DNA from: Nemertoderma westbladi
Taxonomy: Eukaryota > Animalia > Xenacoelomorpha
Direction: 5' to 3'
Assembly: GCA_032718475.1 (NCBI GenBank)
Contig: JAUCBJ010001096.1
Location: forward strand, 1-64,000
Length of the DNA: 64,000 bases
Below the pieces are notes generated by a model. It did not search any database. It saw nothing but the letters and a program-made list of their open reading frames with translations, and had not been told where the DNA came from. Positions 1 to 12,400 of the stretch are shown here, piece by piece. Numbering within the stretch: position 1 is the first letter of the stretch; every line of letters begins with the position of its first letter. The position numbers were made by a program, and so were the translations under genes.

Positions 1-1
1 G

Positions 2-337
2 AGAGGAAAGGGAATATTGGGAAATATATTGCGAATCGCGAGCAGAGTAGTACCGAAGGTGATTAAACCTGTGGCGCGTATTGCCCTTCGACGGGGGGTT
101 CCATTGGCCAAAAGAGCTGGGAGGAAAATTCTTAAACAAGCAATACGAAAGGGGGTTCCCCAATTAAAAAAAACGGGGAAGAAATTAATAAATCAGGCTT
201 TAGCGCGTTCTAAACCGTCGACCAGGGAAGTAGCAAACAAAATTATGGAGGAAGTTTTAAATAGTGAACAGAAGCAGTCAATAAACGGACAACGTAAAAA
301 AAGGAAACGACGGATTTGTCGCGATATTTTTAGCTAG
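2..337 (+). CDS. Basic Lys/Arg-rich Maverick core or membrane-active protein (adenovirus pVI/pVII-like role inferred); 5' end probably upstream of the window
   Basis: The frame is open from base 2 (RGKGILGNILRIASRVVPK...). It has a GxG-hydrophobic motif followed by amphipathic basic helices, an RKKRKRR cluster and a DIFS end. It stops 12 bp before the MCP start. Confidence 0.7.
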   Translation, partial: RGKGILGNILRIASRVVPKVIKPVARIALRRGVPLAKRAGRKILKQAIRKGVPQLKKTGKKLINQALARSKPSTREVANKIMEEVLNSEQKQSINGQRKKRKRRICRDIFS

Positions 338-349
338 TTAATCGGCAAA

Positions 350-1603
350 ATGGAGGATTTTGTTAATGAGGAACTTAATCTATTTAGTAGTATCGATTCA
401 CAGGATGCGATAGAAGAATGTTTTGAGCATGACGTTTTCCCAATTACAACGCTTGGGGAGGGTACTTCAATAATTGATTTTTCAATTGAGAGGTCGGAAG
501 ATCATTATACTGTAGCCCAAGAAACAATTTTAGAATTAGTATATCGAGTTGTAACAACGGCGCGCCCAAACAATGCCGCGATACATCAAACGCCGCTAAG
601 TCTCGCAACACTCTTCTCTAATATTAGTGTTTTGATTAATGAGCGTGAAATAGAGAGTAATACCTCAAATTATGCATATAAAGCGTTTTTGAATAGTGTA
701 TTATTGAATGATACTGTTACCAAATCAACAATATTAGCTGCCGCGGGTTACGGCGAGCAAGATGAGGCGGGTCTCCCGGTGGAATTTGCAGCAGCGGAAG
801 ATTTACAAAGCAGACAATATCATGTTCAGGGTAGACTTTATATTGATCTTTTCAACCAAGTACGATTTTTACCTCCAAAAACCAGTATAAAAATAAGGTT
901 GACTAGGGCAGTTAATGAATTTAATCTAGTGTGCCCGGCTAATGTGGTTAGACCTCATATACTAATATCAAATGCTAAACTGAAAATAAAACGAGCGAGA
1001 CTAGATTCCCATTTACGTGAGCAACACGCTACTCAACTCAAAATCAGCGATTTCGTTTATCCTATTATTCAGAATGAAGTGACCTCGTTTACTATTGCTA
1101 ATGGGCAGCGTTCGATTGTTAGAGAAAATTTATTTACCAATAAGAACCTTCCCCGTTTTGTAGTTATTGCCCTCGTTCGCAATGACACCTATAATGGTAA
1201 CTTATTAAGAAATTCGTTAATGTTTGAGCATTTCCATTGTAATTACCTACAGTTGACACTAGATGGCAAAGTTCTCGGAGGAATAACCTATAAGCCTAAT
1301 TTTAATAGTGGAGAGTTTATCAATGAATATTGCGCCCTCCAAAATAATTTATTATCGATAACACGTGGTACGAGTAATGGGATAACACCAAATCAGTTTC
1401 GAGATCGTTATCCTTTCTTTATCTGGAATCTTTCACCTAGTGGTCATCTGGATGATGATGAAAGACCAATGCATCGTTTTGGGAATGCGAGGCTTGAAAT
1501 TTCATTTGGTCATGCATTAGGAGCTACAATAAATGTTATAATGTGGGCAGCATACGATAGAACGATAAATATTAGTGAAAGTGGGGCAGTATCAATATTC
1601 TAG
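350..1603 (+). CDS. Maverick/Polinton major capsid protein (double jelly-roll, PY/hexon-like)
   Basis: 417 aa, beta-rich. Motifs typical of Polinton MCPs: ELNLF, NYAYKAFL, GRLYIDLFNQVRFLP, IKIRLTR, LPRFVVIALV..YNG, FEHF, GNARLEISF. Lies directly upstream of the protease. Confidence 0.88.
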   Translation: MEDFVNEELNLFSSIDSQDAIEECFEHDVFPITTLGEGTSIIDFSIERSEDHYTVAQETILELVYRVVTTARPNNAAIHQTPLSLATLFSNISVLINEREIESNTSNYAYKAFLNSVLLNDTVTKSTILAAAGYGEQDEAGLPVEFAAAEDLQSRQYHVQGRLYIDLFNQVRFLPPKTSIKIRLTRAVNEFNLVCPANVVRPHILISNAKLKIKRARLDSHLREQHATQLKISDFVYPIIQNEVTSFTIANGQRSIVRENLFTNKNLPRFVVIALVRNDTYNGNLLRNSLMFEHFHCNYLQLTLDGKVLGGITYKPNFNSGEFINEYCALQNNLLSITRGTSNGITPNQFRDRYPFFIWNLSPSGHLDDDERPMHRFGNARLEISFGHALGATINVIMWAAYDRTINISESGAVSIF

Positions 1604-1651
1604 AATAATTTGAAAGAGTGAAGCAAACAAGTGTAAATCAATTTCTAGAAA

Positions 1652-2071
1652 ATGTTAAACTCTAACGATTTAAACAATTTCCCCTTAGGGGAACATTATC
1701 AGGGGTCTTTTCCTATAAATCGCCTACCCAATAAGCAGAATAAAAAAATGAGTTTCATATCAAATACTCAAGCGGCTCATTTACCCGGGATGCATTGGGT
1801 TGCAATTTTCGTAGACTGTGACCGTGGTGAATATTTTGATTCATTCGCGCGATATCCACCCCCGCAAATCGAGGACTGGTTGCTACGTAATACTAAAAAG
1901 TGGTTTAGAACGAGGCAGATTGTTCAACACCCGCTGCGAACTAGTTGTGGGGGTTATTGTTTATTTTATTTATACGAAAGAGGAAAAACTTCTACTCCAT
2001 TAAATTTTTTTGGGGAAGATTTAAATAAAAATGAGAGACTGCTCGCCTGCTGGTTGAAGGAAAAAATCTAA
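1652..2071 (+). CDS. Adenain-like (clan CE) cysteine protease, capsid maturation
   Basis: NT..AHLPGMHWVAI (catalytic His), EYFDSF (Asp) and VQ....SCGGYCLFYL (oxyanion Gln, catalytic Cys) occur in adenain order. Confidence 0.92.
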   Translation: MLNSNDLNNFPLGEHYQGSFPINRLPNKQNKKMSFISNTQAAHLPGMHWVAIFVDCDRGEYFDSFARYPPPQIEDWLLRNTKKWFRTRQIVQHPLRTSCGGYCLFYLYERGKTSTPLNFFGEDLNKNERLLACWLKEKI

Positions 2072-2240
2072 ACTTTAATTTTTATAAATTATATTAAATT
2101 ATGTGTTACTTGTTAAGTGTTTTATGTTCATTATTGAGTGTGTTATATATCATAAATGTTATAATGTATTATCATAGAGAAAAAAATGAAAAATAACCGG
2201 TTAAACATCTTATATTTTTTAAACAATATGGGGAAACAAG

Positions 2241-2340
2241 AATAAATAATTTACCAACAACATCAATATTAAATAATATAACAACAACGGATAAATAATT
2301 TACCATCAACATTAATAATAAATAATATAAGAACATCAAC
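2241..2340. repeat. Imperfect ~50-bp AT-rich tandem duplication in the Maverick non-coding tail
   Basis: ATAAATAATTTACCA(A/T)CAACAT(C/T)AATA(T/A)TAAATAATATAA occurs twice in tandem. Confidence 0.6.
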
Positions 2341-3126
2341 AATAACAAAAGATATAGTCAGAACAGTTTTTATTAAATAGAGACTGTTTATATTAATAGG
2401 GTTGCTGGTCTCCGCGAGTAACGCTTGGTTTAACCCTTTTTCAGGAGAAAGATGCCTTCTCTGAGAGAACGTTTTAGTAAATAGGTCTGGTGCAAAGGAA
2501 AGGGATTAGTAGAGAGGAATGCGTGATTAGAGGCGCTTCATTGTTATGATAGGGGCTGCCTGGATATAGGAAAGGGGCAAAGCGACGCCGGTTATAGTGG
2601 GAACAATGGAGGGCCGCTTGAGCATTAGCCTTGGGCGATATACGGATTTGCTGTAGTCAAGGCCGCGATGGGATTATTAGTGAGTCAACGAAGGGGCTGC
2701 TAATAGACAGGACTGCTCATTTATATTTGCCTTGGGGGTATACGTGTAGATTCACTGCCTGTCGTATCTAGTTAATGAATAATGATGGCAGAGGAGGGGT
2801 CCCCCGCCGATGAACGTAGTTGATAGTTGCCGGGAATGTGGTGAACGGGGGATGCAATAGGTGATTATATAGCTAAATATAGACATTATGTCATAGTGAT
2901 CTCATTGGTAATATAAAAACTACTTAATCTAAAAATAGAAATCAATGTATAAAGTAAAAGTAATATATACAATTAATTAATTTAAAATAAAGTACAAATG
3001 AATAAATAAAGTAAAATAGAATACAAATAAAATAAAATGCAAATAATTAATTAAAATTAGGTATAAATAAATAAGTATTAATGAATAAAAGAGCCGCGGT
3101 GTCACTTATGACACCCTCTTGGGCCT

Positions 3127-3397
3127 CTCGGCGACAGTTAGACCCAACTCATGACTCATCGCTTAGGAATGTGACGCCTTGGGTGTCATTGGCGCCAGAC
3201 TGTCTGGGTGACACCTCCCAATTAGACTAATTAGACCCCTATTAGGGTTTAATTGTAGTAATTAATTGATGACACCTGTCAATTAGGGTCTAATTAGCCT
3301 AATTGGGAGGTGTCACCCAGACAGTCTGGCGCCAATGACACCCAGGGCGTCACATTCCTAAGCGATGAGTCATGAGTTGGGTCTAACTGTCGCCGAG
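3127..3397. repeat. Long subterminal inverted repeat (112-bp arms, 47-bp spacer)
   Basis: 3127-3238 is the reverse complement of 3286-3397, with 2 mismatches found by eye. Confidence 0.95.
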
Positions 3398-3417
3398 CCG
3401 GCCAAGACCCTACTACT

Positions 3418-6400
3418 ATGGCTATTCCGTATACAATAACTATTTTTCACTTTCACAGTTGTATGGCTATTCCGTATACAATAACTATTTTTCTCTTTCA
3501 CAGTTGTATGGCTATTCCGTATACAATAACTATTTTTCTCTTTCACAGTTGTATGGCTATTCCGTATGCAATAACTAACTTTCACTTTCACAGTTGTATG
3601 GCTATTCCGTATGCAATAACTAACTTTCACTTTCACAGTTGTATGTCTATTCCGTATGCAATAACTATTTTTCTCTTTCACAGTTGTATGGCTATTCCGT
3701 ATACAATAACTATTTTTCTCTTTCACAGTTGTATGGCTATTCCGTATACAATAACTATTTTTCTCTTTCACAGTTGTATGGCTATTCCGCATGCAATAAC
3801 TAACTTTCACTTTCACAGTTGTATGGCTATTCCGTATGCATGCAATAACTAACTTTCACTTTCACAGTTGTATGTCTATTCCGTATGCAATAACTATTTT
3901 TCTCTTTCACAGTTGTATGGCTATTCCGTATACAATAACTATTTTTCTCTTTCACAGTTGTATGGCTATTCCGTATACAATAACTATTTTTCTCTTTCAC
4001 AGTTGTATGGCTATTCCGCATGCAATAACTAACTTTCACTTTCACAGTTGTATGGCTATTCCGTATACAATAACTATTTTTCTCTTTCACAGTTGTATGG
4101 CTATTCCGCATGCAATAACTAACTTTCTCTTTCACAGTTGTATGTCTATTCCGTATGCAATAACTATTTTTCTCTTTCACAGTTGTATGGCTATTCCGTA
4201 TACAATAACTATTTTTCTCTTTCACAGTTGTATGGCTATTCCGCATGCAATAACTAACTTTCACTTTCACAGTTGTATGGCTATTCCGCATGCAATAACT
4301 AACTTTCTCTTTCACAGTTGTATGTCTATTCCGTATGCAATAACTATTTTTCTCTTTCACAGTTGTATGGCTATTCCGTATACAATAACTATTTTTCTCT
4401 TTCACAGTTGTATGGCTATTCCGCATGCAATAACTAACTTTCACTTTCACAGTTGTATGGCTATTCCGTATGCATGCAATAACTAACTTTCACTTTCACA
4501 GTTGTATGTCTATTCCGTATGCAATAACTAACTTTCACTTTCACAGTTGTATGGCTATTCCGTATGCATGCAATAACTAACTTTCACTTTCACAGTTGTA
4601 TGGCTATTCCGCATGCAATAACTAACTTTCACTTTCACAGTTGTATGGCTATTCCGTATGCATGCAATAACTAACTTTCACTTTCACAGTTGTATGTCTA
4701 TTCCGTATGCAATAACTATTTTTCTCTTTCACAGTTGTATGGCTATTCCGTATGCAATAACTAACTTTCTCTTTCACAGTTGTATGGCTATTCCGTATAC
4801 AATAACTATTTTTCTCTTTCACAGTTGTATGGCTATTCCGTATACAATAACTATTTTTCTCTTTCACAGTTGTATGGCTATTCCGTATACAATAACTATT
4901 TTTCTCTTTCACAGTTGTATGGCTATTCCGTATACAATAACTAACTTTCACTTTCACAGTTGTATGTATGGCTATTCCGTATGCAATAACTATTTTTCTC
5001 TTTCACAGTTGTATGGCTATTCCGTATACAATAACTATTTTTCACTTTCACAGTTGTATGGCTATTCCGTATACAATAACTATTTTTCTCTTTCACAGTT
5101 GTATGGCTATTCCGTATACAATAACTATTTTTCTCTTTCACAGTTGTATGGCTATTCCGTATGCAATAACTAACTTTCACTTTCACAGTTGTATGGCTAT
5201 TCCGTATGCAATAACTAACTTTCACTTTCACAGTTGTATTGCTATTCCGTATGCAATAACTATTTTTCTCTTTCACAGTTGTATGGCTATTCCGCATGCA
5301 ATAACTAACTTTCACTTTCACAGTTGTATGGCTATTCCGTATGCATGCAATAACTAACTTTCACTTTCACAGTTGTATGTCTATTCCGTATGCAATAACT
5401 AACCTTCTCTTTCACAGTTGTATGGCTATTCCGTATACAATAACTATTTTTCTCTTTCACAGTTGTATGGCTATTCCGCATGCAATAACTAACTTTCACT
5501 TTCACAGTTGTATGGCTATTCCGTATGCATGCAATAACTAACTTTCACTTTCACAGTTGTATGTCTATTCCGTATGCAATAACTAACTTTCACTTTCACA
5601 GTTTATGGCTATTCCGTATGCAATAACTATTTTTCTCTTTCACAGTTGTATGGCTATTCCGTATGCAATAACTAACTTTCACTTTCACAGTTGTATGGCT
5701 ATTCCGTATGCAATAACTAACTTTCACTTTCACAGTTGTATGGCTATTCCGTATGCAATAACTATTTTTCTCTTTCACAGTTGTATGTCTATTCCGTATG
5801 CAATAACTATTTTTCTCTTTCACAGTTGTATGGCTATTCCGTATGCAATAACTAACTTTCACTTTCACAGTTGTATGGCTATTCCGTATGCAATAACTAA
5901 CTTTCACTTTCACAGTTGTATGGCTATTCCGTATGCAATAACTATTTTTCTCTTTCACAGTTGTATGGCTATTCCGTATGCAATAACTATTTTTCTCTTT
6001 CACAGTTGTATGGCTATTCCGTATGCAATAACTAACTTTCACTTTCACAGTTGTATGGCTATTCCGTATACAATAACTAACTTTCACTTTCAGAGTTGTA
6101 TGGCTATTCCGTATGCAATAACTATTTTTCTCTTTCACAGTTGTATGTCTATTCCGTATGCAATAACTATTTTTCTCTTTCACAGTTGTATGGCTATTCC
6201 GTATACAATAACTATTTTTCTCTTTCACAGTTGTATGGCTATTCCGTATGCAATAACTAACTTTCACTTTCACAGTTGTATGGCTATTCCGTATGCAATA
6301 ACTATTTTTCTCTTTCACAGTTGTATGGCTATTCCGTATGCAATAACTAACTTTCACTTTCACAGTTGTATGGCTATTCCGTATGCAATAACTAACTTTC

Positions 6401-9400
6401 ACTTTCACAGTTGTATGGCTATTCCGTATGCAATAACTATTTTTCTCTTTCACAGTTGTATGGCTATTCCGTATGCAATAACTAACTTTCACTTTCACAG
6501 TTGTATGGCTATTCCGTATGCAATAACTATTTTTCTCTTTCACAGTTGTATGGCTATTCCGTATGCAATAACTAACTTTCACTTTCACAGTTGTATGGCT
6601 ATTCCGTATGCAATAACTATTTTTCTCTTTCACAGTTGTATGGCTATTCCGTATGCAATAACTATTTTTCTCTTTCACAGTTGTATGGCTATTCCGTATG
6701 CAATAACTAACTTTCACTTTCACAGTTGTATGTCTATTCCGTATACAATAACTATTTTTCTCTTTCACAGTTGTATGGCTATTCCGTATACAATAACTAT
6801 TTTTCTCTTTCACAGTTGTATGGCTATTCCGTATGCAATAACTATTTTTCTCTTTCACAGTTGTATGGCTATTCCGTATGCAATAACTAACCTTCTCTTT
6901 CACAGTTGTATGTATGGCTATTCCGTATGCAATAACTAACTTTCACTTTCACAGTTGTATGGCTATTCCGTATGCAATAACTATTTTTCTCTTTCACAGT
7001 TGTATGGCTATTCCGTATGCAATAACTAACTTTCACTTTCACAGTTGTATGGCTATTCCGTATGCAATAACTAACTTTCACTTTCACAGTTGTATGTATG
7101 GCTATTCCGTATGCAATAACTAACTTTCACTTTCACAGTTGTATGGCTATTCCGTATGCAATAACTATTTTTCTCTTTCACAGTTGTATGGCTATTCCGT
7201 ATGCAATAACTAACTTTCACTTTCACAGTTGTATGGCTATTCCGTATGCAATAACTAACTTTCACTTTCACAGTTGTATGTCTATTCCGTATACAATAAC
7301 TATTTTTCTCTTTCACAGTTGTATGGCTATTCCGTATACAATAACTAACTTTCACTTTCACAGTTGTATGGCTATTCCGTATACAATAACTAACTTTCAC
7401 TTTCAGAGTTGTATGGCTATTCCGTATTCAATAACTAACTTTCACTTTCACAGTTGTATGTATGGCTATTCCGTATGCAATAACTAACTTTCACTTTCAC
7501 AGTTGTATGGCTATTCCGTATGCAATAACTATTTTTCTCTTTCACAGTTGTATGGCTATTCCGTATGCAATAACTAACTTTCACTTTCACAGTTGTATGG
7601 CTATTCCGTATGCAATAACTAACTTTCACTTTCACAGTTGTATGTCTATTCCGTATACAATAACTATTTTTCTCTTTCACAGTTGTATGGCTATTCCGTA
7701 TACAATAACTAACTTTCACTTTCACAGTTGTATGGCTATTCCGTATGCAATAACTATTTTTCTCTTTCACAGTTGTATGTCTATTCCGTATGCAATAACT
7801 AACTTTCACTTTCACAGTTGTATGGCTATTCCGTATGCAATAACTAACTTTCACTTTCACAGTTGTATGGCTATTCCGTATACAATAACTAACTTTCACT
7901 TTCACAGTTGTATGTCTATTCCGTATACAATAACTATTTTTCTCTTTCACAGTTGTATGTCTATTCCGTATGCAATAACTAACTTTCACTTTCACAGTTG
8001 TATGTCTATTCCGTATACAATAACTAACTTTCACTTTCACAGTTGTATGTCTATTCCGTATACAATAACTATTTTTCTCTTTCACAGTTGTATGTCTATT
8101 CCGTATGCAATAACTAACTTTCACTTTCACAGTTGTATGGCTATTCCGTATACAATAACTAACTTTCACTTTCACAGTTGTATGTCTATTCCGTATACAA
8201 TAACTATTTTTCTCTTTCACAGTTGTATGTCTATTCCGTATGCAATAACTAACTTTCACTTTCACAGTTGTATGTCTATTCCGTATGCAATAACTATTTT
8301 TCTCTTTCACAGTTGTATGGCTATTCCGTATGCAATAACTAACTTTCACTTTCACAGTTGTATGGCTATTCCGTATGCAATAACTAACTTTCACTTTCAC
8401 AGTTGTATGGCTATTCCGTATGCAATAACTATTTTTCTCTTTCACAGTTGTATGGCTATTCCGTATGCAATAACTATTTTTCTCTTTCACAGTTGTATGG
8501 CTATTCCGTATGCAATAACTAACTTTCACTTTCACAGTTGTATGGCTATTCCGTATGCAATAACTAACTTTCACTTTCACAGTAGTAAGGCTATTCCGTA
8601 TGCAATAACTAACTTTCACTTTCACAGTTGTATGGCTATTCCGTATGCAATAACTATTTTTCTCTTTCACAGTTGTATGTCTATTCTGTATGCAATAACT
8701 AACTTTCTCTTTCACAGTTGTATGGCTATTCCGTATGCAATAACTATTTTTCTCTTTCACAGTTGTATGGCTATTCCGTATGCAATAACTAACTTTCACT
8801 ATCACAGTTGTATGGCTATTCCGTATACAATAACTAACTTTCACTTTCACAGTTGTATGGCTATTCCGTATGCAATAACTAACTTTCACTTTCACAGTTG
8901 TATGGCTATTCCGTATGCAATAACTATTTTTCTCTTTCACAGTTGTATGTCTATTCCGTATACAATAACTATTTTTCTCTTTCACAGTTGTATGTCTATT
9001 CCGTATGCAATAACTATTTTTCTCTTTCACAGTTGTATGGCTATTCTGTATGCAATAACTAACTTTCTCTTTCACAGTTGTATGGCTATTCCGTATGCAA
9101 TAACTATTTTTCTCTTTCACAGTTGTATGGCTATTCCGTATGCAATAACTAACTTTCACTATCACAGTTGTATGGCTATTCCGTATACAATAACTAACTT
9201 TCACTTTCACAGTTGTATGGCTATTCCGTATGCAATAACTAACTTTCACTTTCACAGTTGTATGGCTATTCCGTATGCAATAACTATTTTTCTCTTTCAC
9301 AGTTGTATGTCTATTCCGTATACAATAACTATTTTTCTCTTTCACAGTTGTATGGCTATTCCGTATACAATAACTATTTTTCTCTTTCACAGTTGTATGG

Positions 9401-12400
9401 CTATTCCGTATACAATAACTAACTTTCACTTTCACAGTTGTATGTATGGCTATTCCGTATGCAATAACTAACTTTCACTTTCACAGTTGTATGGCTATTC
9501 CGTATGCAATAACTAACTTTCACTTTCAGAGTTGTATGGCTATTCCGTATACAATAACTATTTTTCTCTTTCACAGTTGTATGGCTATTCCGTATGCAAT
9601 AACTAACTTTCACTATCACAGTTGTATGGCTATTCCGTATACAATAACTAACTTTCACTTTCACAGTTGTATGGCTATTCCGTATGCAATAACTATTTTT
9701 CTCTTTCACAGTTGTATGGCTATTCCGTATGCAATAACTAACTTTCACTATCACAGTTGTATGGCTATTCCGTATACAATAACTAACTTTCTCTTTCACA
9801 GTTGTATGGCTATTCCGTATGCAATAACTAACTTTCACTATCACAGTTGTATGGCTATTCCGTATACAATAACTAACTTTCACTTTCACAGTTGTATGGC
9901 TATTCCGTATGCAATAACTATTTTTCTCTTTCACAGTTGTATGGCTATTCCGTATGCAATAACTATTTTTCTCTTTCACAGTTGTATGGCTATTCCGTAT
10001 ACAATAACTAACTTTCACTTTCACAGTTGTATGGCTATTCCGTATGCAATAACTAACTTTCACTTTCACAGTTGTATGGCTATTCCGTATACAATAACTA
10101 ACTTTCACTTTCACAGTTGTATGGCTATTCCGTATGCAATAACTAACTTTCTCTTTCACAGTTGTATGTCTATTCCGTATGCAATAACTAACTTTTACTT
10201 TCACAGTTGTATGTCTATTCCGTATGCAATAACTAACTTTCACTTTCACAGTTGTATGGCTATTCCGTATGCAATAACTATTTTTCTCTTTCACAGTTGT
10301 ATGGCTATTCCGTATGCAATAACTATTTTTCTCTTTCACAGTTGTATGGCTATTCCGTATACAATAACTAACTTTCACTTTCACAGTTGTATGGCTATTC
10401 CGTATGCAATAACTAACTTTCACTTTCACAGTTGTATGGCTATTCCGTATGCAATAACTAACTTTCACTATCACAGTTGTATGGCTATTCCGTATACAAT
10501 AACTAACTTTCACTTTCACAGTTGTATGGCTATTCCGTATGCAATAACTATTTTTCTCTTTCACAGTTGTATGTCTATTCCGTATACAATAACTATTTTT
10601 CTCTTTCACAGTTGTATGGCTATTCCGTATACAATAACTAACTTTCACTTTCACAGTTGTATGGCTATTCCGTATGCAATAACTATTTTTCTCTTTCACA
10701 GTTGTATGTCTATTCCGTATACAATAACTATTTTTCTCTTTCACAGTTGTATGGCTATTCCGTATACAATAACTATTTTTCTCTTTCACAGTTGTATGGC
10801 TATTCCGTATGCAATAACTAACTTTCACTATCACAGTTGTATGGCTATTCCGTATACAATAACTAACTTTCACTTTCACAGTTGTATGGCTATTCCGTAT
10901 ACAATAACTAACTTTCACTTTCACAGTTGTATGGCTATTCCGTATGCAATAACTAACTTTCACTTTCACAGTTGTATGGCTATTCCGTATACAATAACTA
11001 ACTTTCTCTTTCACAGTTGTATGTCTATTCCGTATGCAATAACTATTTTTCTCTTTCACAGTTGTATGGCTATTCCGTATGCAATAACTAACTTTCACTA
11101 TCACAGTTGTATGGCTATTCCGTATACAATAACTAACTTTCACTTTCACAGTTGTATGGCTATTCCGTATGCAATAACTAACTTTCACTTTCACAGTTGT
11201 ATGGCTATTCCGTATACAATAACTAACTTTCTCTTTCACAGTTGTATGTCTATTCCGTATGCAATAACTATTTTTCTCTTTCACAGTTGTATGGCTATTC
11301 CGTATGCAATAACTATTTTTCTCTTTCACAGTTGTATGTCTATTCCGTATGCAATAACTAACTTTCACTTTCACAGTTGTATGGCTATTCCGTATGCAAT
11401 AACTATTTTTCTCTTTCACAGTTGTATGGCTATTCCGTATGCAATAACTATTTTTCTCTTTCACAGTTGTATGTCTATTCCGTATGCAATAACTAACTTT
11501 CACTATCACAGTTGTATGGCTATTCCGTATGCAATAACTATTTTTCTCTTTCACAGTTGTATGTCTATTCCGTATGCAATAACTAACTTTCACTATCACA
11601 GTTGTATGGCTATTCCGTATGCAATAACTATTTTTCTCTTTCACAGTTGTATGGCTATTCCGTATGCAATAACTAACTTTCACTATCACAGTTGTATGGC
11701 TATTCCGTATACAATAACTAACTTTCACTTTCACAGTTGTATGGCTATTCCGTATGCAATAACTAACTTTCACTTTCACAGTTGTATGGCTATTCCGTAT
11801 ACAATAACTAACTTTCTCTTTCACAGTTGTATGTCTATTCCGTATGCAATAACTATTTTTCTCTTTCACAGTTGTATGGCTATTCCGTATGCAATAACTA
11901 TTTTTCTCTTTCACAGTTGTATGTCTATTCCGTATACAATAACTAACTTTCACTTTCACAGTTGTATGGCTATTCCGTATACAATAACTATTTTTCTCTT
12001 TCACAGTTGTATGTCTATTCCGTATGCAATAACTAACTTTCACTTTCACAGTTGTATGGCTATTCCGTATGCAATAACTAACCTTCTCTTTCACAGTTGT
12101 ATGGCTATTCCGTATGCAATAACTAACTTTCACTTTCACAGTTGTATGGCTATTCCGTATACAATAACTATTTTTCTCTTTCACAGTTGTATGGCTATTC
12201 CGTATGCAATAACTAACTTTCACTTTCACAGTTGTATGGCTATTCCGTATACAATAACTATTTTTCTCTTTCACAGTTGTATGGCTATTCCGTATGCAAT
12301 AACTAACTTTCACTTTCACAGTTGTATGGCTATTCCGTATACAATAACTATTTTTCTCTTTCACAGTTGTATGGCTATTCCGTATGCAATAACTATTTTT

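Larger units (their letters stand above)
1..3417 (+). mobile_element. Maverick/Polinton (adintovirus-like) element, right-hand part including terminus; left part is outside the window
   Basis: Capsid-like and adenain-like ORFs lie in tandem and are intronless. The non-coding tail ends in ...GACCCTACTACT (3417), the reverse complement of the (AGT)n start known for Polinton TIRs. Sequence switches abruptly to satellite at 3418. Confidence 0.9.

Noticed and set aside
1818-2003. 61-aa ORF overlapping the protease
   Set aside because: Alternative-frame ORF with no recognisable motif.
2390-2870. GC-richer stretch in the Maverick tail as an extra gene
   Set aside because: No ORF of 60 aa or more in the track and no motif recognised; probably TIR or regulatory sequence.
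3242-3290. TTAGGG telomeric motifs in the hairpin spacer
   Set aside because: Only isolated copies (3242-3247, 3283-3288), explained by the palindrome; not a telomeric tract.
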